NCBI GenBank assembly: GCA_951406725.2
Contig: OX597819.1
Span: 66,588,001-66,652,000, forward strand
Source of the DNA: Octopus vulgaris
Lineage: Eukaryota
DNA length: 64,000 nucleotides
Direction: 5' to 3'
The position numbers and the translations under genes are program-made. Below, piece by piece: positions 28,398 to 43,080 of the stretch. The notes below the pieces were generated by a model. The model was given only the letters and a program-made list of their open reading frames with translations, searched no databases and was not told the DNA's origin. The first letter of the stretch is position 1; each line of letters opens with the position of its first letter.

Positions 28398-28861
28398 ACG
28401 TGTGTCTGTGTGTATTAATAGATACAGATATAAATGCAATGGATAGAATATGTGTATACCATTAAAGGAAGTTTCGAAAATATTGAATTCTTCAATGCTC
28501 GAACATTTGCAATTACAATATATAATATTTACCAAGATCCATTCCTCAAGTGTAATGAATTTCACTTCTATAATGTATATCGTAAGCGGTTACTTGGTGT
28601 ATATATATTCGTATATTAAAATTATTTGAAAATGTAAACAATTTCTGTAGATGCATATCAAATAAAATAGTGAGATACTACTTAAAGTATAGCATTGCTA
28701 TTAATATCTATATATCTATGTTAAGTGCATCAGCTCAGCCCTTGCACTCTTTGTCTAAGAATATCTCTATAACCACAGATATGTACACATGTATTTATGT
28801 GTGTGTGTGTGTGTGTGTATGTGCGTGTGTGATTGTGTACCCGTGTGTCTTTACGTATATG

Positions 28862-28892
<31 letters not shown>

Positions 28893-28907
28893 AGATATTC
28901 ATATATG

Positions 28908-28963
<56 letters not shown>

Positions 28964-29012
28964 GGTGTGTATGTGTCTGTGTCTGCGTGTGTGTGTGTGT
29001 CTGCGTGTGTGT

Positions 29013-29520
29013 GGAGGCGCAATAGCCCAGTGGTTAGGGCAGCGGACTCGCAGTCGTAGGATCGCGGTTTCGATTCCCAGACCGGGCATTGTGAGTGTTT
29101 ATTGAGCGAAAACACCTAAAGCTCCACGCGTCTCCGGCAGCGGGTGGTGGTGAACCCTGCTGTACTCTTTCACCACAACTTTCTCTCACTCTTTCTTCCT
29201 GTTTCTGTTGTACTTGTATTTCAAAGGGCCAGTCTTGTCACACTCTGTGTCACGCTGAATCACCTCGAGAACTACGTTTAGGGTACACGTGTCTGTGGAG
29301 TGCTCAGCCACTTGCACGTTAGTAAATGTGCTGCGACGTCAATGGTGCCAAGCTGTATCTGCCTTTGCCTTTCCCTTGGATAACATCGGTGGCGTAGAAA
29401 GGAGAGGCTTGTATGCGTGGGCGCCTGCTGGTCTTCCATAAACGACCTTGCCCAGACTTGTACCTCGGAGGGTAACTTTCTAGGTACAATTCCATGGTCA
29501 TTCATGACCGAAGGAGGTCA
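29013..29520 (+). mobile_element. tRNA-derived SINE family A, full length
   Basis: ggaggcgcaatagcccagtggttagggcagcggactcgc...ggtttcgattccc tRNA-like head with A and B boxes, followed by a long non-tRNA body. Confidence 0.85.
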
Positions 29521-29586
<66 letters not shown>

Positions 29587-29639
29587 GATACATATGTATT
29601 TAGAGACATTTATATATATCTTATCCCTTATTTCTTACT

Positions 29640-31390
29640 CGTTTCAGCCCAGGGTTGAGGTCATGCTGGTGCACCACCTGCAGTTACTCGATGTTGTTTC
29701 GGGTATTGTTTTTAGCGAAGTAGCGGGTTGGACGGAGCTACACTTCTTTGCGTCTCCTGCTGCGATGTGAGTTCATGTGGTCTCTAATCCTGTCCAGACG
29801 TGCCTTGAAAACTTCCACATCAACACCATGTAGACATCTGTGGTTTCCTGTCAGGATGTTGAACAATTGCGGGCTATTGAGACGCAGACTATTGCAGTAC
29901 TGTGTCGTTACTTTAGATGGGGAATACGGGATTTGTGGAAGAATGCAGGGCCATCGAGTTCGAGGATTTGTACAGCTTTCAATTCCAAAACTGAGAGCTA
30001 ATCCCTCCAAGGTCTTCGAAACAAATATCACTGCATATTTCTCTCGTCCTCTCTCCAGGGAATAGAGACTCACCTCCTTTAGCCTCTCCAAATAGCGCAT
30101 CTTTTGTATCGAATCAATCTTCTTTGTGTATTGGCGCTGGATTGCTTCGAGTTTGTTTCACACTCTCTGGGGACCATAGTTGGGAGCAGTAGTCCAAGCA
30201 GCTGAGAAGGAAATTCCTCCATAGGAGTAGCAGGGCTTCCCTTTTTGTGGTTCTGAATGTCCTCAGAATCCAGCTAGCCACTCGTTTGCATAGTGTTGCC
30301 AGCTTAGTAATATGCATATGAAATGTTGCATCATTGCTCATGTGAATTCCCAGGTCACGCACCGAATTTGACTCTGGGGTCGTATTAACTTCTGGTCTAG
30401 TGTATTCCGATTTTAGCCTGCTGTTCGACCGATAGTGGAGTACATGAAATTTCATAGCATTGAATTGCATGTTATTTTTGTTAGTCCGTTTGTATATTTC
30501 AGTCAGGTTTTTCTGCGCTATTCTTGTGTCGTCAGCATAACTGGTCAGAATGGTTGACTGTACAGCGGGGGGCATTTTTGAGAGGGACACCACAAATATT
30601 AATTGCCCCAGTACAGTTCCCTGTGGGACTCCGCTGAGAATTGGTGTCTCTTCAGAGTGTGCACCACTGGCTACAACCGTCTGACTCCTGCCCTTCATTA
30701 AATCATGCAGCCACTCTCCCAGTTTACCGGTAATACCAAGGTTTCAGAGCTTGTGACATCATTAACCTTGTCTAAGGCCTTAGCAAAGTCGAGGTATATC
30801 ACATCTACTGCTGACTGGAGTAGCTGTTGTTTCAGTACCCAGTCAATGTGCTGCAGCAGCTTTGTGAGTCATCTACTCCTTAGACAGAAGCCATGCTGTG
30901 TGTTTCAGAGAAAGTTGTTTTCTTCTAGGCACGTGATCAACCTTTTTCTTACAATTCATTCCATTGTTTTGCTAACATATGAGGTCAGAGCCTGTAGTTT
31001 TTCGCATCTGCTCTGCACACTCCTTTATGGACAGAACATATTATGCCCTCTTTTAGCATGTTGGGAAGTTTACCACATGCAAGGAAACTCCGAAGGATTA
31101 TCTACAGGGACGTTGCAAGAGCCTTTTTCCATGTGATTAAAAGAACAACCGGGAGTCCATCTAGGCCCGTTAATGAGTTTGATCTCATCTCATCAATGTG
31201 TGATATTACGCCCACTTCTGTTATGCTAATGTAATCGATAGTTGCCTCTTTTTCGAATATACTCTCTACATTGAAAAACTCTTCAGGCTTGTTTGCATAC
31301 TTCCCATTGGAAAATTGAAGACACTTGCTTATTTAGTGCTTCACTTATCTTTCCCGGGTCTGCAGTTATTGAGCTATTTTTACCTAATTT
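29640..31390 (-). pseudogene. CR1-type LINE reverse transcriptase, 5'-truncated and frameshifted
   Basis: Motifs QHGF, VDVIYLDFAKALDKV, SGVPQGTVLG, SYADDT, VRDLGI, LDYCSQLWSP and YLERLKEVSLYSLER spread across several frames. Confidence 0.9.
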
Positions 31391-31585
31391 CAATCTCCAA
31401 GAGTTCCACTGTCAGGAGGGATTTCCCGTTGTCATTGAGGTGTTTGTTTTAACGATTTGAGACCTTTATTCTCCGCCACATGAATATTCTCATGCTTCGG
31501 GGAATGATTTTGTGTGTATTGAGTCTCTTCTCTGGGACATATTTAATGCATATGGCTCGCATTACTGGCATGAATTTATTGAGTT

Positions 31586-31618
<33 letters not shown>

Positions 31619-31669
31619 TATATATATATATATATATATATGTATATGCATATATATATATATAAATAA

Positions 31670-31732
<63 letters not shown>

Positions 31733-32840
31733 TACACTCACATATATATATATATATATATATATAACGAAATTATATCAACTAGAGTCCAGATAGGAAA
31801 TAACTATATCCTCAGATTAGGTGTCCTCACCGTCCACCATAACTTCAAGATCCTACTGCATGATTTTCTGGCTGAGTCCCTGGGAAGATCTTTGTAAACA
31901 TCCTCGATGATGGCTAACTGATCGGTCTCGGTGTTGCAGGCAGATTGATTGCTTTCTTTCTCACCTACATTTTACACATAATAATCCACGACATAACAGC
32001 TCGGAGAACTAGGTGGCCAGTAAATTGAAATGGTGAAGTGGTAGAAATTCTCTAGGAAAAACCTCTGACTCTTACTGAATGTATAGCAAGGAGCCAAATA
32101 CTGATGCGACATATACAGCCTTTCAATAGCATTCCTTGCCAACCAGTGAGTGACCACAGTGTCCAGCAGCTTCACAGAGCCCTCTGAATTGAGCTTAAGA
32201 ACTTTCCTGTAGTTATTGAATAAAAATCGACGCGTGGACGCAGTCAAAATGCCTATTGTGTCCCTTCCTTTCGGCCACGGCTTTGTAGTAACCATGTCTC
32301 GTCTTATTGTTAGTATTGACAGAGCTTTGAGCAGTCGTTACAACGTCGGCATTTTGATACTTGGCGCTTGTCATCAGGAAATATGTATCAATTTACCAAT
32401 ATACAGATGGCTTCTAGTCCTCCTTATCAGCTAACGTCTTCTCAAGTACAAATTTAATCTTTGTCCTCTCCAACGCCACTGACTATCCACAAAGAGGCGG
32501 CAGAAAATCTTCAAATTTAGTCTTAAGAGATTGCATGTGTATACGCATATCTCCCATTTGTGTAACATTCCAAAAAATGCGGACTTGCTGGTGCACTATT
32601 CACGAAATTATTAATCAGTCAATTTAAATTCAGTGTTTATTTATAAATCATTTATTTAGGTTTTGAAGAACTGAGAAACTGTGATATAAATTATTTGATA
32701 TGATATACAAATATGCAAACTTGTCAAGCAAATATAGGTACAAACACACGCGCGTGCTAACACACACACTTTCTTATCTCTCTGGTACACGCATATGCAC
32801 GCACTCACGAACAGGCACGCATAACAACATGCTGCCAGCG

Positions 32841-32946
<106 letters not shown>

Positions 32947-33038
32947 CGTATATATATACGCAGGGACAGAGAATCTGAGAGACAGAAGGAGAGAACGATG
33001 TGTATATATACATATATACATATATGTATATGCGCACG

Positions 33039-33093
<55 letters not shown>

Positions 33094-33125
33094 TTTATTT
33101 AAAGCAGCAGAAAATTCAACAAAAC

Positions 33126-33163
33126 CTGTTACTCTGAGTTTCCCGTTGCCATTCGTCGGACAG
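33126..33163 (-). ncRNA. Minimal hammerhead (CCGANGA variant), left arm
   Basis: Minus strand CTGT-CCGACGA-ATG-GCAA-CGG-GAAAC-TCAGA-GTA-ACAG. Confidence 0.7.
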
Positions 33164-34186
33164 TTTTTGCTAGAATGGAACCGATATGTGAATTCTATCC
33201 AGACTATTACAAACGCTACACCTTTAAAAAATAGACTTGTTTGATTGGCCCTTTAGAAATAACGCCGAATTTTCGAGCGATAAACAAAGATGAGTTCAAA
33301 TATATATATAGATATATATATAAAATATAAAATATAAAAAATATAAAAATATATAAAAAAAATATAAAAATATATAAAAAAAATATAAAAATATAAAAAA
33401 TATATAAAAAAATTATAAAATTCGAGGAAAAACCTTACGTTGAATAAAATACATATTGACCTTAATGAAGGAAATATAATTAATACATGGAAATTGAAAT
33501 GCATTAAAAATATGCATTAAAAATATAACACAACAATACATATTCATATTAAAGTATACATATATATCAACATACACAGAATTGATGCGTGCGAACCCCA
33601 TACATATACAGACGTATAAATATAAAGCTAAAATATACACGAAAATGCATGTATACATATGTATGCGGAAGCTAAAATCATAGTAGGTTAAGTATCTTTC
33701 GTGCGAGCTAGATTGCGTATACATATGTATACATGCATTTTCGTGTATATTTTAGCTTTATATTTATACGTCTGTATAAGTATGGGGTTCGCACGCATCT
33801 ATTCTGTGTATGTTGATATATATGTATACTTTAATATGAATATGTATTGCTGTGTGTTATTTTTAATGCATTTCAATTTCCATGTATTAATTATATTTCC
33901 TTCATTAAGGTCAATATGTATTTTATTCAACGTAAGGTTTTTCCTCGAATTTTATAATTTTTTAATATATTTTTATATTTTTAATATATTTTAATATTTT
34001 TTATATTTTTTATATTTTTTTATATTTTTATATATATATATATATATTTTTTTGAACTCATCTTTGTTTATCGCTCGAAAATTCGCCGTTATTTCTAAAG
34101 GGCCAATCAAACAAGTCCTTTTTTAAAGGTGTAGCGTTTGTAATAGTCTGGATAAAATTCACATACCGGTTCCATTCTAGCAAAAA

Positions 34187-34224
34187 CTGTCCGACGAACG
34201 GCAACAGGAAACTCAGAGTAACAG
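34187..34224 (+). ncRNA. Minimal hammerhead (CCGANGA variant), right arm
   Basis: CTGT-CCGACGA-ACG-GCAA-CAG-GAAAC-TCAGA-GTA-ACAG; predicted cleavage after 34220. Confidence 0.7.
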
Positions 34225-34326
34225 GTTTTGTTGAATTTTCTGCTGCTTTAAATAAAGCATATTACTCTACCACTGGTATTTGAGTAATCTTTGTTCCACC
34301 TTGTTTCACATTTATGTGTTTACTCC

Positions 34327-34380
<54 letters not shown>

Positions 34381-34440
34381 AGTGTTTGTGTGTATGTATG
34401 TATATATATATATATATATGTACATACGCACGCACACTTA

Positions 34441-34478
<38 letters not shown>

Positions 34479-35156
34479 ATACAGGTAATTGACAAATGGC
34501 CATGGCGTGTGGCTATAATGATTGTGAACATGGTGTCAGGAATAACAGTAGGTTTCACAGCCTGCGTGGGAGACGCGTACGTCCGAATTTGAGCAGTGAG
34601 GAAAGTTGAGTTATATTGCTTTAGATCTCTGCATGAAAACGCTTTGCACTTTTTTACCAATCCAATATAATTTCTATGTGCTGGTCTTTTACTTATAAGG
34701 TGTATCCCACTTTTTTATTTGTTTCTCTCTTCCATATTCCATATCGTATCGTTCTTCAGCTCATTTCTGTTCTATGCATTACGACAGCCAGGCTTGAAAC
34801 GAAACATGTTTATATTATCATGTGTGATCCCTTCTACCACAATCCTCATCTCTCTACCTCCTTAATGCCTTCATGCTGCCTAAGTAACTGTAGAATACAT
34901 GCTACCGGCGGATGTCTAGAAAAAGTCGTAGAAAGCTCTACATTTACCATTCTGTAAGGGTTGCTTTCAATACCATTCTTGTAGATCACCCTCTCGCTAA
35001 CCTAATAGTTATCGCTCACACTCGCTCCCACAAACACACATTTAACCTGTATATAACTAACCATAATCGCCCCTGGTTTGCTTGTTCAATAATTATTGAA
35101 ATAAACCACGTTCTCTTATCACATTCAACTCCTCTACTATCAAATGGTATCTGCTT

Positions 35157-35203
<47 letters not shown>

Positions 35204-35819
35204 CTAGCAATCGACTGAATTCCATTAGTATCACGCATTACCTTTCGCCGTTAGTTATTCCCTCATTTATGTGTCACTTTCCATGCTTTCAGACTCATTA
35301 GATTGCCCTCCTCTTACATACTCATCCCTATTCCTCTATCTTACTTCACTTTTGTAATTATCTTTCCCTGCTTGTAACGAATGTTGACAATATAAAGTCA
35401 ATTTAGATTGCTTCGAACGAGATAACCCCATTGATGCTGGTGCTAGGAAAATTTACGATAGTTGTGACGATAACGATAAAAAGGAGAACAATGACAAAAA
35501 GCAATAACAAAAACATCCTCACCTACAGCAACAACAACAACAACAGCAGCAACACCACGCAAACTGCTACCGGAGAGACTGGAATATATTAGAACTGAGA
35601 ATCGCATTATCGACCAGATGGAAACTGTCAGCCTGTATACTTTAAGAACAATACAAAAGATTCTTGGAGAGCTTTGCTATCAGCGAACATGAGGATGGCA
35701 TTTCTGCTAATTAAATTATTATATAATAGCTTTACAATAAAAATAGTAATAATAACGTAGCTAACAGACGGAATACATCAACTTGGATAAATCACAATAG
35801 ACCGGAGTATGATGCAAGG

Positions 35820-36050
35820 TAATAGATTTTCCCCCTGCGCTGTCATTGATCCTATATCACACATCCCAGTGATAAGAAAAGTAAACCTGGTTATAGCTTA
35901 GAATAAAATAAACAGGATATAGCGAATTACTTGCAATTCCTGGATAATCTAAATCTATAGAACAAAGCTGACTGGGTATTTGGGAAGTTCGTCTGTACTG
36001 TGAGAGTGATAGGCAACTATATCAGACATTGGTATTAGAGATGAGAGGAT
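35820..36050 (+). pseudogene. Decayed R4/Dong-like RT fragment
   Basis: VIRKVNL/GYSLE*NKQDIANYLQFLDNLNL*NK...TVRVI resembles GY.L...INHLLFMDDLKLY...TVRVF. Confidence 0.45.
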
Positions 36051-37225
36051 TTTAGTACTCATCAAACAGTTCTCGGTGTTGCTGTTCGTGTTGATTTCGT
36101 ATTAACTCAAGTCTGATCGAATAAAATAGTGATATAAAATATTCTAATCGTGATACAATCACTTTCTATAGCAAAGTGGAAACTATTTCCTAATATCAGC
36201 CTCATTCTTTCTTTAATAATAAAAAAGGAAATTTATAAAATTTTATTGCTATCTATGCTGAAATTTTCCCGATTTTCTAACATGATTACTTCTTTCCACT
36301 CAATGATTCTATAACAATACTTTCATCCTTCACCCATGTAACCAACGAAGGAATCCGTGGGTGGGAGGCTGTATTCCTTCCAAGTTCTTCAGGATGGAGA
36401 AATCCTCTCATCTTCAAAGTTTCAAAACTATAACATGAATGCAACACTTTTATGCTGAAAGTGTCTTTTAAATCCGCCACATCACCACCTTATACTGCAT
36501 AGACGTTATATTGTGTCTAAGCTAAATACATTTATTGTCTAAATTGTTCAGTTCAGAAAGAAGCTATTGTTAAAGTTTCATACATACAATGCATTCGATA
36601 TTTTAAATATTCACCGATAATTCATATACATGTAATATAAATGCAATTTTTGCATGAATGCATGGCATATATTTAAAACTTATCCTTTATATAATACATG
36701 AAAATGCAAAAGACGCCTGGTCTTACATAAGAATTATTGATCACATATTTTGTGAATCGCCATAGCTTATAAAATGTCACGAATCTAGCATAAGAGATAA
36801 TCATTTACTTCCGGCATTTAGCTTTCGTCTATAATAGAAAAGAATTACACTACACATTTGGCTTTTCAAAATTTTCTAAAACTAAGCGGCCATTATTTAA
36901 GAGTTAACAACACGACCAAAGGTAAAGTGTACCGTAAAAGGAAGTCAAAGAGTTTGAATAATGCTAATTGCGGGAACGGTTATTTATTTTAGATGTAGTT
37001 TTGAATGCCAAGAAATCTTTTAACTGCTAAATAATAGGTGCAAGACATTTTTTTTAACATATATGTGTGTGTGTGTGTGTGTATGTGCGTGTGTGTATGT
37101 GTGTGTGCGTGTGTGTGTGTGCGTGTAATTATTTTTACTTTTATGCAATATAAAAGAAAAACAGACTTTTCAAATTTCATTGTCCTTCTCCAGAAATGTC
37201 ATTATCAAAACATATAATAGAATGA

Positions 37226-37381
37226 ATGATGATGATGATGATGATGATGATGATGTGGAGGAAGAGGAGGAGGAGGAGGTGGTGGTGGTGGAGGAGAAGA
37301 TGTGTTGATGTAGATATTGAAAATATAACTAATATATATAATGATAATGGCACTACTACTACTACTACTTGCTGCTGCTAC
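37226..37381. repeat. Compound trinucleotide repeats (ATG/GGA/GGT/CTA/GCT)
   Basis: Directly visible. Confidence 0.9.
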
Positions 37382-40300
37382 CGCTGTTTCTGCTTTGACT
37401 GCCTCTACTACGCTATGTAACGTGAAGATTGTTTTTTGCATTGGGTGAACGATGCGAACATTTTAAAATAGAATGTTGCATTTATCTGCAGAGAACATTT
37501 TTCTTTATATTTTCATGCCTCTCGGTCACGCCTTGTGTGCCTGGAGAACTTCTGTCCACTGTTATTACCTTGCAGTCGAACTACGTTGTCAATAACATTT
37601 CGGGGATAATGCAGTTTCGCACCACTCCTTGAAAAATGCAGTTTTTTATTTTAAATTCGGATTCCTACGTTTTATATGTCGGAGATAGGAATAAAGTTTT
37701 TAAATTTAGCCCGCCCCCACTTCCTCAATTTACTTGAAAGAGATCGCAGGGAATTGACGAGCATAAGCAAATCGAAATTAAAACCATACAAAAACATTAA
37801 AGTGGAGAGAATTTGCATTTTACTTGTGTAAATAAGAATATAATGTAAATTAAACATACACCATTTTATGAGAAAAAATATTAATGTTTAATGATTAATG
37901 TTATAAAGTTTAATAGAATTTCAACCCCTCCATCAATTTTAATTTTTTTATCAAATTATTTATCTGTCTATCTATTTATCCCTGTCCGTTTATTCATAAA
38001 ATATATTTGTCAACTAAATGTGATGGTCATATGTAAAACAGTGTTACTGTTGCTTTTAGCCCGAGGAAGACATTTATATCTATTTATCTCTTTATAAACA
38101 TATCCATATGGTTACTGAATTTAACATTTTGAAAAACGTGGTTTCTTACATATTCGGAATCTCTTTCATGTAAAACTTAAGTGGAAAAAAATTTTGAAAA
38201 CGTTCAAAATTTTAGCAGTAGTGTTAAAATTTGTTTTTTTTGTGCTTTTTTTGCATATTCGTAATCTCCGACATGTTAAACGTTGGTATCCGAAAAATGC
38301 TTTTCAAAAATATGCATTTTTCAAGGAGAGGTTGGAAACTGCATTAGCCCCATCATTTCAATGCTGTTCTTGGATCCTGGCTCTACAAGAAAAAAATCTA
38401 CTTAACTTGTCTTCATCAACATTGAGTCCATGAGAGCGTAGAAACCTGGTCCTCATGCTCAAACATCTAGATAACATTTTTGCTGTTTATCTACCAAACT
38501 TATTTTTAGATAAGTATGAATAAAAAGTGAAAGCGGACATACCTACTCACAACCTAAGTTTCTCCTCATATGTTGTAGCCTCTGCGTCGGTTTGTGAATT
38601 ACAAGTCAGAGTAAATCAAAAATCAACCCTTCCTCGAAGGGGAAAATTTTAGCAGAGAAGTATCTGAACCAAACAAATACGCTTCTTCCATGAGAAACAT
38701 AAGGAAACGAGTATTTTAATTGGATTGAAATAAAGGCTGGACAAACATTGAAGCTATAATTCTCTTTAAAATATTTCTGTGTGAGATTAGGTACTCAGAT
38801 TATTATTTTGTGCTAGCTCTCAGCGATTAGTTCGTTTGACCCGAAGCGTTCTCTAAAAAATTAAATATGATTAACTCTCACCTAAAATAGTATTAAAATT
38901 AAATCAGAACTTAAAGAACCTGGAGGAATGCGACTGAGTATTTTGTCCTTCATGCTAACTATTCTCACAACTCGCCACTTTTATTTCAATGTTTACTAGT
39001 TTACAAATCTTTTTAAAGTGAAAAACCATCTTATACAAACGGTGCTTAAATAAATATATTTTTCTATTAAATAATTTTATCTTTTTTTTTCCTTTTTACC
39101 AATTTAATATTCTCGAAATTGCTAAACACATTTTTTCCGTTCCTCGCATCCATTTTAATTTAATCCTATTCCTTCTTTTCTTTCGTTCCTTATTTATAAT
39201 CGTTAATGTATTTTCTTTATTCTGCTCTTTTCTATCTTTGAACTACGTTTTTTTTTTTATATTCTCAGCATTTCTCAGAATTTCACTTTTACTTGCCAAA
39301 CATATCATTCTTTGCCTTTCTGCTTTAATATATTTATTCCCTATTTATGTATTTATATATCTATTTGCGTTTAATGCTTAGCACCTACGGGGTTGCAGGC
39401 TCCGTCCAATAATATTTTTGGCAAGAAAGTTTTGCTGATCAATTTCTCGATAATCAATTCCTTGTGAGTCAACTTGTTGCTGAATATTTTTCGGAAGCCC
39501 GTCATTTACCAACACATACACGTATATACATGCAATTAATAAACCCACCTGAAGCAGTCATTACGTATAACATGTATGAAGGGTATTAAAATAGGGAAAG
39601 ACACCAGTTGTAATAATATGTCTCAGCGCGAAAAACATATGAATTTGCTCTGAACGCTTACATACACTTTTCCAGCCATATTTACTCACATCTTTGAAAA
39701 TAGTTGTAGATATTAAATACATCATACACATCGATATTGTAATCTAAAATTGTTTGAAGTCTGTATGTCAAATTTATTCTTGCCGAGTTTGCTTGCAGTA
39801 TGTCAAGGAATGTTTTATCCACTGATTCCTAAACACAAAAAAGCCATTTCTAGGTTTTTCTCAAAATGTTTAGTTTATTGGGCATTAAGGGGAAAAAGCA
39901 AATTCAAGGCACAGCGTGTGTTGATCTACCGTCGATCGGAGCAAAGGTCTCTGTTTTAAATATTCAGATCTATTGGAGATATTCGTGTGTCAACACATTA
40001 CCGATTGTGCAATTAGATATTTATGTACGTATAATACATATTATGCACACCGGTATGTGCATCGGTATATGTATATCTCTCTATGCATGTATGTGTGCGT
40101 ACGTATTTGTTCTTGTGTCTACGAGTGTGTGTAAGCGTCTGAGTGTTTTCTTTGGATATGAAAGTTCTCACACTGTTTTTATCACCATGAGTTAATTTGT
40201 TTACGTCTGCGCAACTTCGCGATTTCACATAAGATAGCAACAACATATTTACCAGACTTAAACCGACTTACTCTCAGAGTTAGGTAACTGTTCACTTAAC

Positions 40301-40454
40301 TCTGCCAGACGCTGCTATATCATCGCCGTATTCCAATGACTGAACATAGTAAAGGTGTGAGACTGTGTTTCTGACTTTCTCAATCATATATCTTTTAAAT
40401 TTATCTTAAACTTTCTACTCTAATTCTTTTATTCTTTGATATTTTAGTGAATAT

Positions 40455-40825
40455 TCTTTTATTCGTTTACTTCTTTCACTCATTTGACTGCGGCCATAGT
40501 GGAGCACCGCCTTTAATCAAGTAAATCGACCGCAGGACTTATTCTTTGTAAGCCTAGTACTTATTTTATCGGCCGCTTTTGCCGAACCGCTAGGTGACGG
40601 AGACGGAAACACAACAGCATTGGTTGTCAAGCGATGTTGGGGGGAAAAACACACACACAGACACACACACATATATATATATATATATAATATATGAAGG
40701 GCTTCTTCCAGTTTCCATCTACCATATCTACTCACAAGGCTTTGGTCGGCCCGAGGCCATAGTAGAAGACACTTGCCCAAGGTGCCACGCAGTAACAGTG
40801 AACTCGGAACCATGTGGTTGGTAAG
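40455..40825 (-). mobile_element. SINE family B
   Basis: Reverse complement of the copy at 23886-24320. Confidence 0.85.
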
Positions 40826-40888
40826 TATCACTTTTTCATTTCAAAAATATTTTTTCTTTCTTTTATTTACTTTACATTGTGTTTCTGT

Positions 40889-41200
40889 GGAGGCACATGG
40901 CCTAGTGGTTAGAGCAGCGGACTCACGGTCGAGAATCGCGGGTTGGAATCTCAGACCAGGCGATGTGTGTGTTTATGAGCGAAACGCCTAAGCTCCACGC
41001 GGCTCCGGCAGAAGGTAATGGCGAACTTCTGCTGACTCCTTCGCCACAAATTTCTCTCACTCTTTCCACATGCATCTTGAAGTTCACCTACGACGGACCG
41101 GCGTCCCGTCCAGGTGGGGAGCCTATACGCCAAGGAAACCGGGAAACCGGCCCTAATGAGCCAGGCAGGGATTGAGAAGGAACAAACAACAATAACAACA
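40889..41200 (+). mobile_element. tRNA-derived SINE, family A-related
   Basis: ggaggcacatggcctagtggttagagcagcggactc...gagcgaaacgcctaagctccacgc; (AAC)-rich tail. Confidence 0.85.
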
Positions 41201-42281
41201 TTGTGTTTTGAGTTGTTTTCTTGTGTGTGTGTGTATGTTTCGAAATTTCGTTCAGTTTATACTCTCTCTTTCAGATCTTTTTCTTCAATTTCTTTCTTTC
41301 TTTTTGTTCCTATTATTCAATCCTTCAATTATTTCATTCATTTAGCGTCTCTTGATTTATATTCATCACTCCCACCATCTTTATATTTCTACCCTGCTTT
41401 TATTTCGCTTTCTATCACTTAATCACGTTTCATTCATAACTGTTTTTGCATCATATTTTCTTTCTTCTGTCAATTCTTCTAACTCAGTTTTTCTAACGTA
41501 ACATTTATAATTTCTACTTTCATTTGTCTTTCTTATTCCTGTCTCTATTCGATTTTGTTTTTACTATTCTTCTTCTTTTATCAATCCGTTGTTTCTTCTC
41601 ATTTTCTTTTATTTCTTTCCATCTTTTAAACCTACCTCGTCTTCTTGTCTGTCTGACTTGACTCTGAGATCATATTAAGTGTCCTGTGTAATAACACAAC
41701 AACCAATCGGAATCAATTATAATCGTATAAGTAGGTTCTTAGGCCTGTCCTAAAGAGCAGCAGTATTTAGTATTAAAAGTGACAGTTGAAACATCTTAAG
41801 AATGTGAGCTCTTTAACTATCTCATCAGAACAACATGATACAATGCAGGCATGGACATACGTTGTAGTCGCAGAGAAACGGGAGGAAGACAGGGAATAGA
41901 TGAAACGGATAGGGAGGCGAAGTATGAAGGTGAAATAAGAAGTAGACGGTATAGTATTTGTTGTTGAGACAAACGGCTCAGACATCTACTCTACTCACCT
42001 TTTGTTGAGCTAATACGCACACACACACATGTTCACATACGTACGCACATATACATGCATATGCATGCCGATATACACGTGTGCTATATTTTATAGCTAA
42101 CAACTATATTATATGCCAATACAAAATTATGAACTATGCAATATGACACCATAGCCGTGGAATATGTTCACATATGAATACAATACATACGCACTGATGC
42201 ATACACAAACATGGACGCTTACATACGCACAAACGCAGATCTCAACCGCATAGGATTGGAATACACATGCACGCATACACA

Positions 42282-42321
<40 letters not shown>

Positions 42322-42535
42322 AATCAATCAATATATGTATGTTTATATATACACACTTATATATATATATACATATGTATACATACAAACATATATATGC
42401 ATATATATGTATGTATATACATACATATATATATTATTATCTATATATCTATGTATATATGTATATATGTATATATATATGTATATATATATATACATAT
42501 ATTTATATATATATATGTATATATATATATGTATA

Positions 42536-42635
<100 letters not shown>

Positions 42636-42929
42636 GTATATGTATTTCACCGTTGATGTATACATAGATAAATAGAGACCTATAGATACAGAAACAGAGA
42701 GAGGAAGAAAGAGAAGGAGAAAGGGATTTTGCTGAGTCTATAACCAGTTCTCAAATGTTAACTATATTGATAAATCTAATGTATTTATTGGTTCCTGTTT
42801 ATTTCTCTCTTTTTCGGTTTTCTGTCTCGCTTTCTTTCTCCCCCACACACACACTCTCTCTCTCTCTCTTTGTTGAGTTGCAGATGGCTAGAATTTCAGT
42901 CACTAAAACTACTAAATTGTTTAATATTT

Positions 42930-43080
42930 CTACAATCCTGTCAGCAAGCATAATTCTGGACAGGAACCGAAGTTCAGATGGCGGAATCGAAGTAGCATTG
43001 GCTGATATTTATTGAACTATGTCGACAAAGGTGACAGCCGAGGTAAAAGACCGCATTACCATCCGTGTGTCAACGAAAAT
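42930..43080 (+). pseudogene. Possible very old RTE apurinic-endonuclease remnant
   Basis: Frame-hopping FWTG..DGGIEVALAD..YVDKV..VKDRI loosely matches FWxG..GGVGILL..WVDKV..DRI. Confidence 0.25.

Larger units (their letters stand above)
33092..34329. mobile_element. ~1.2-kb palindromic Penelope-like pLTR pair inserted in (TA)n
   Basis: 33094-33666 is the near-perfect reverse complement of 33715-34257, with a ~48-nt spacer; a 3' tail continues to 34329; one hammerhead per arm. Confidence 0.85.

Noticed and set aside
29013-29085. tRNA-like sequences here and at 23886 and 40889
   Set aside because: They continue directly into SINE bodies and lack a complete cloverleaf; SINE heads, not tRNA genes.
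31830-31966. Open 137-nt minus-strand stretch between AG and GTGAGG (EKESNQSACNTETDQLAIIEDVYKDLPRDS...)
   Set aside because: No polypyrimidine tract, no recognisable protein and no partner exon.
33300-33420. ATATAAAAA-type repeats and other short tandem units as a CRISPR-like array
   Set aside because: No unique spacers and no cas genes; eukaryotic low-complexity minisatellite.
36286-36480. 64-aa ORF MADLKDTFSIKVLH...
   Set aside because: No recognisable domain and weak splice signals.
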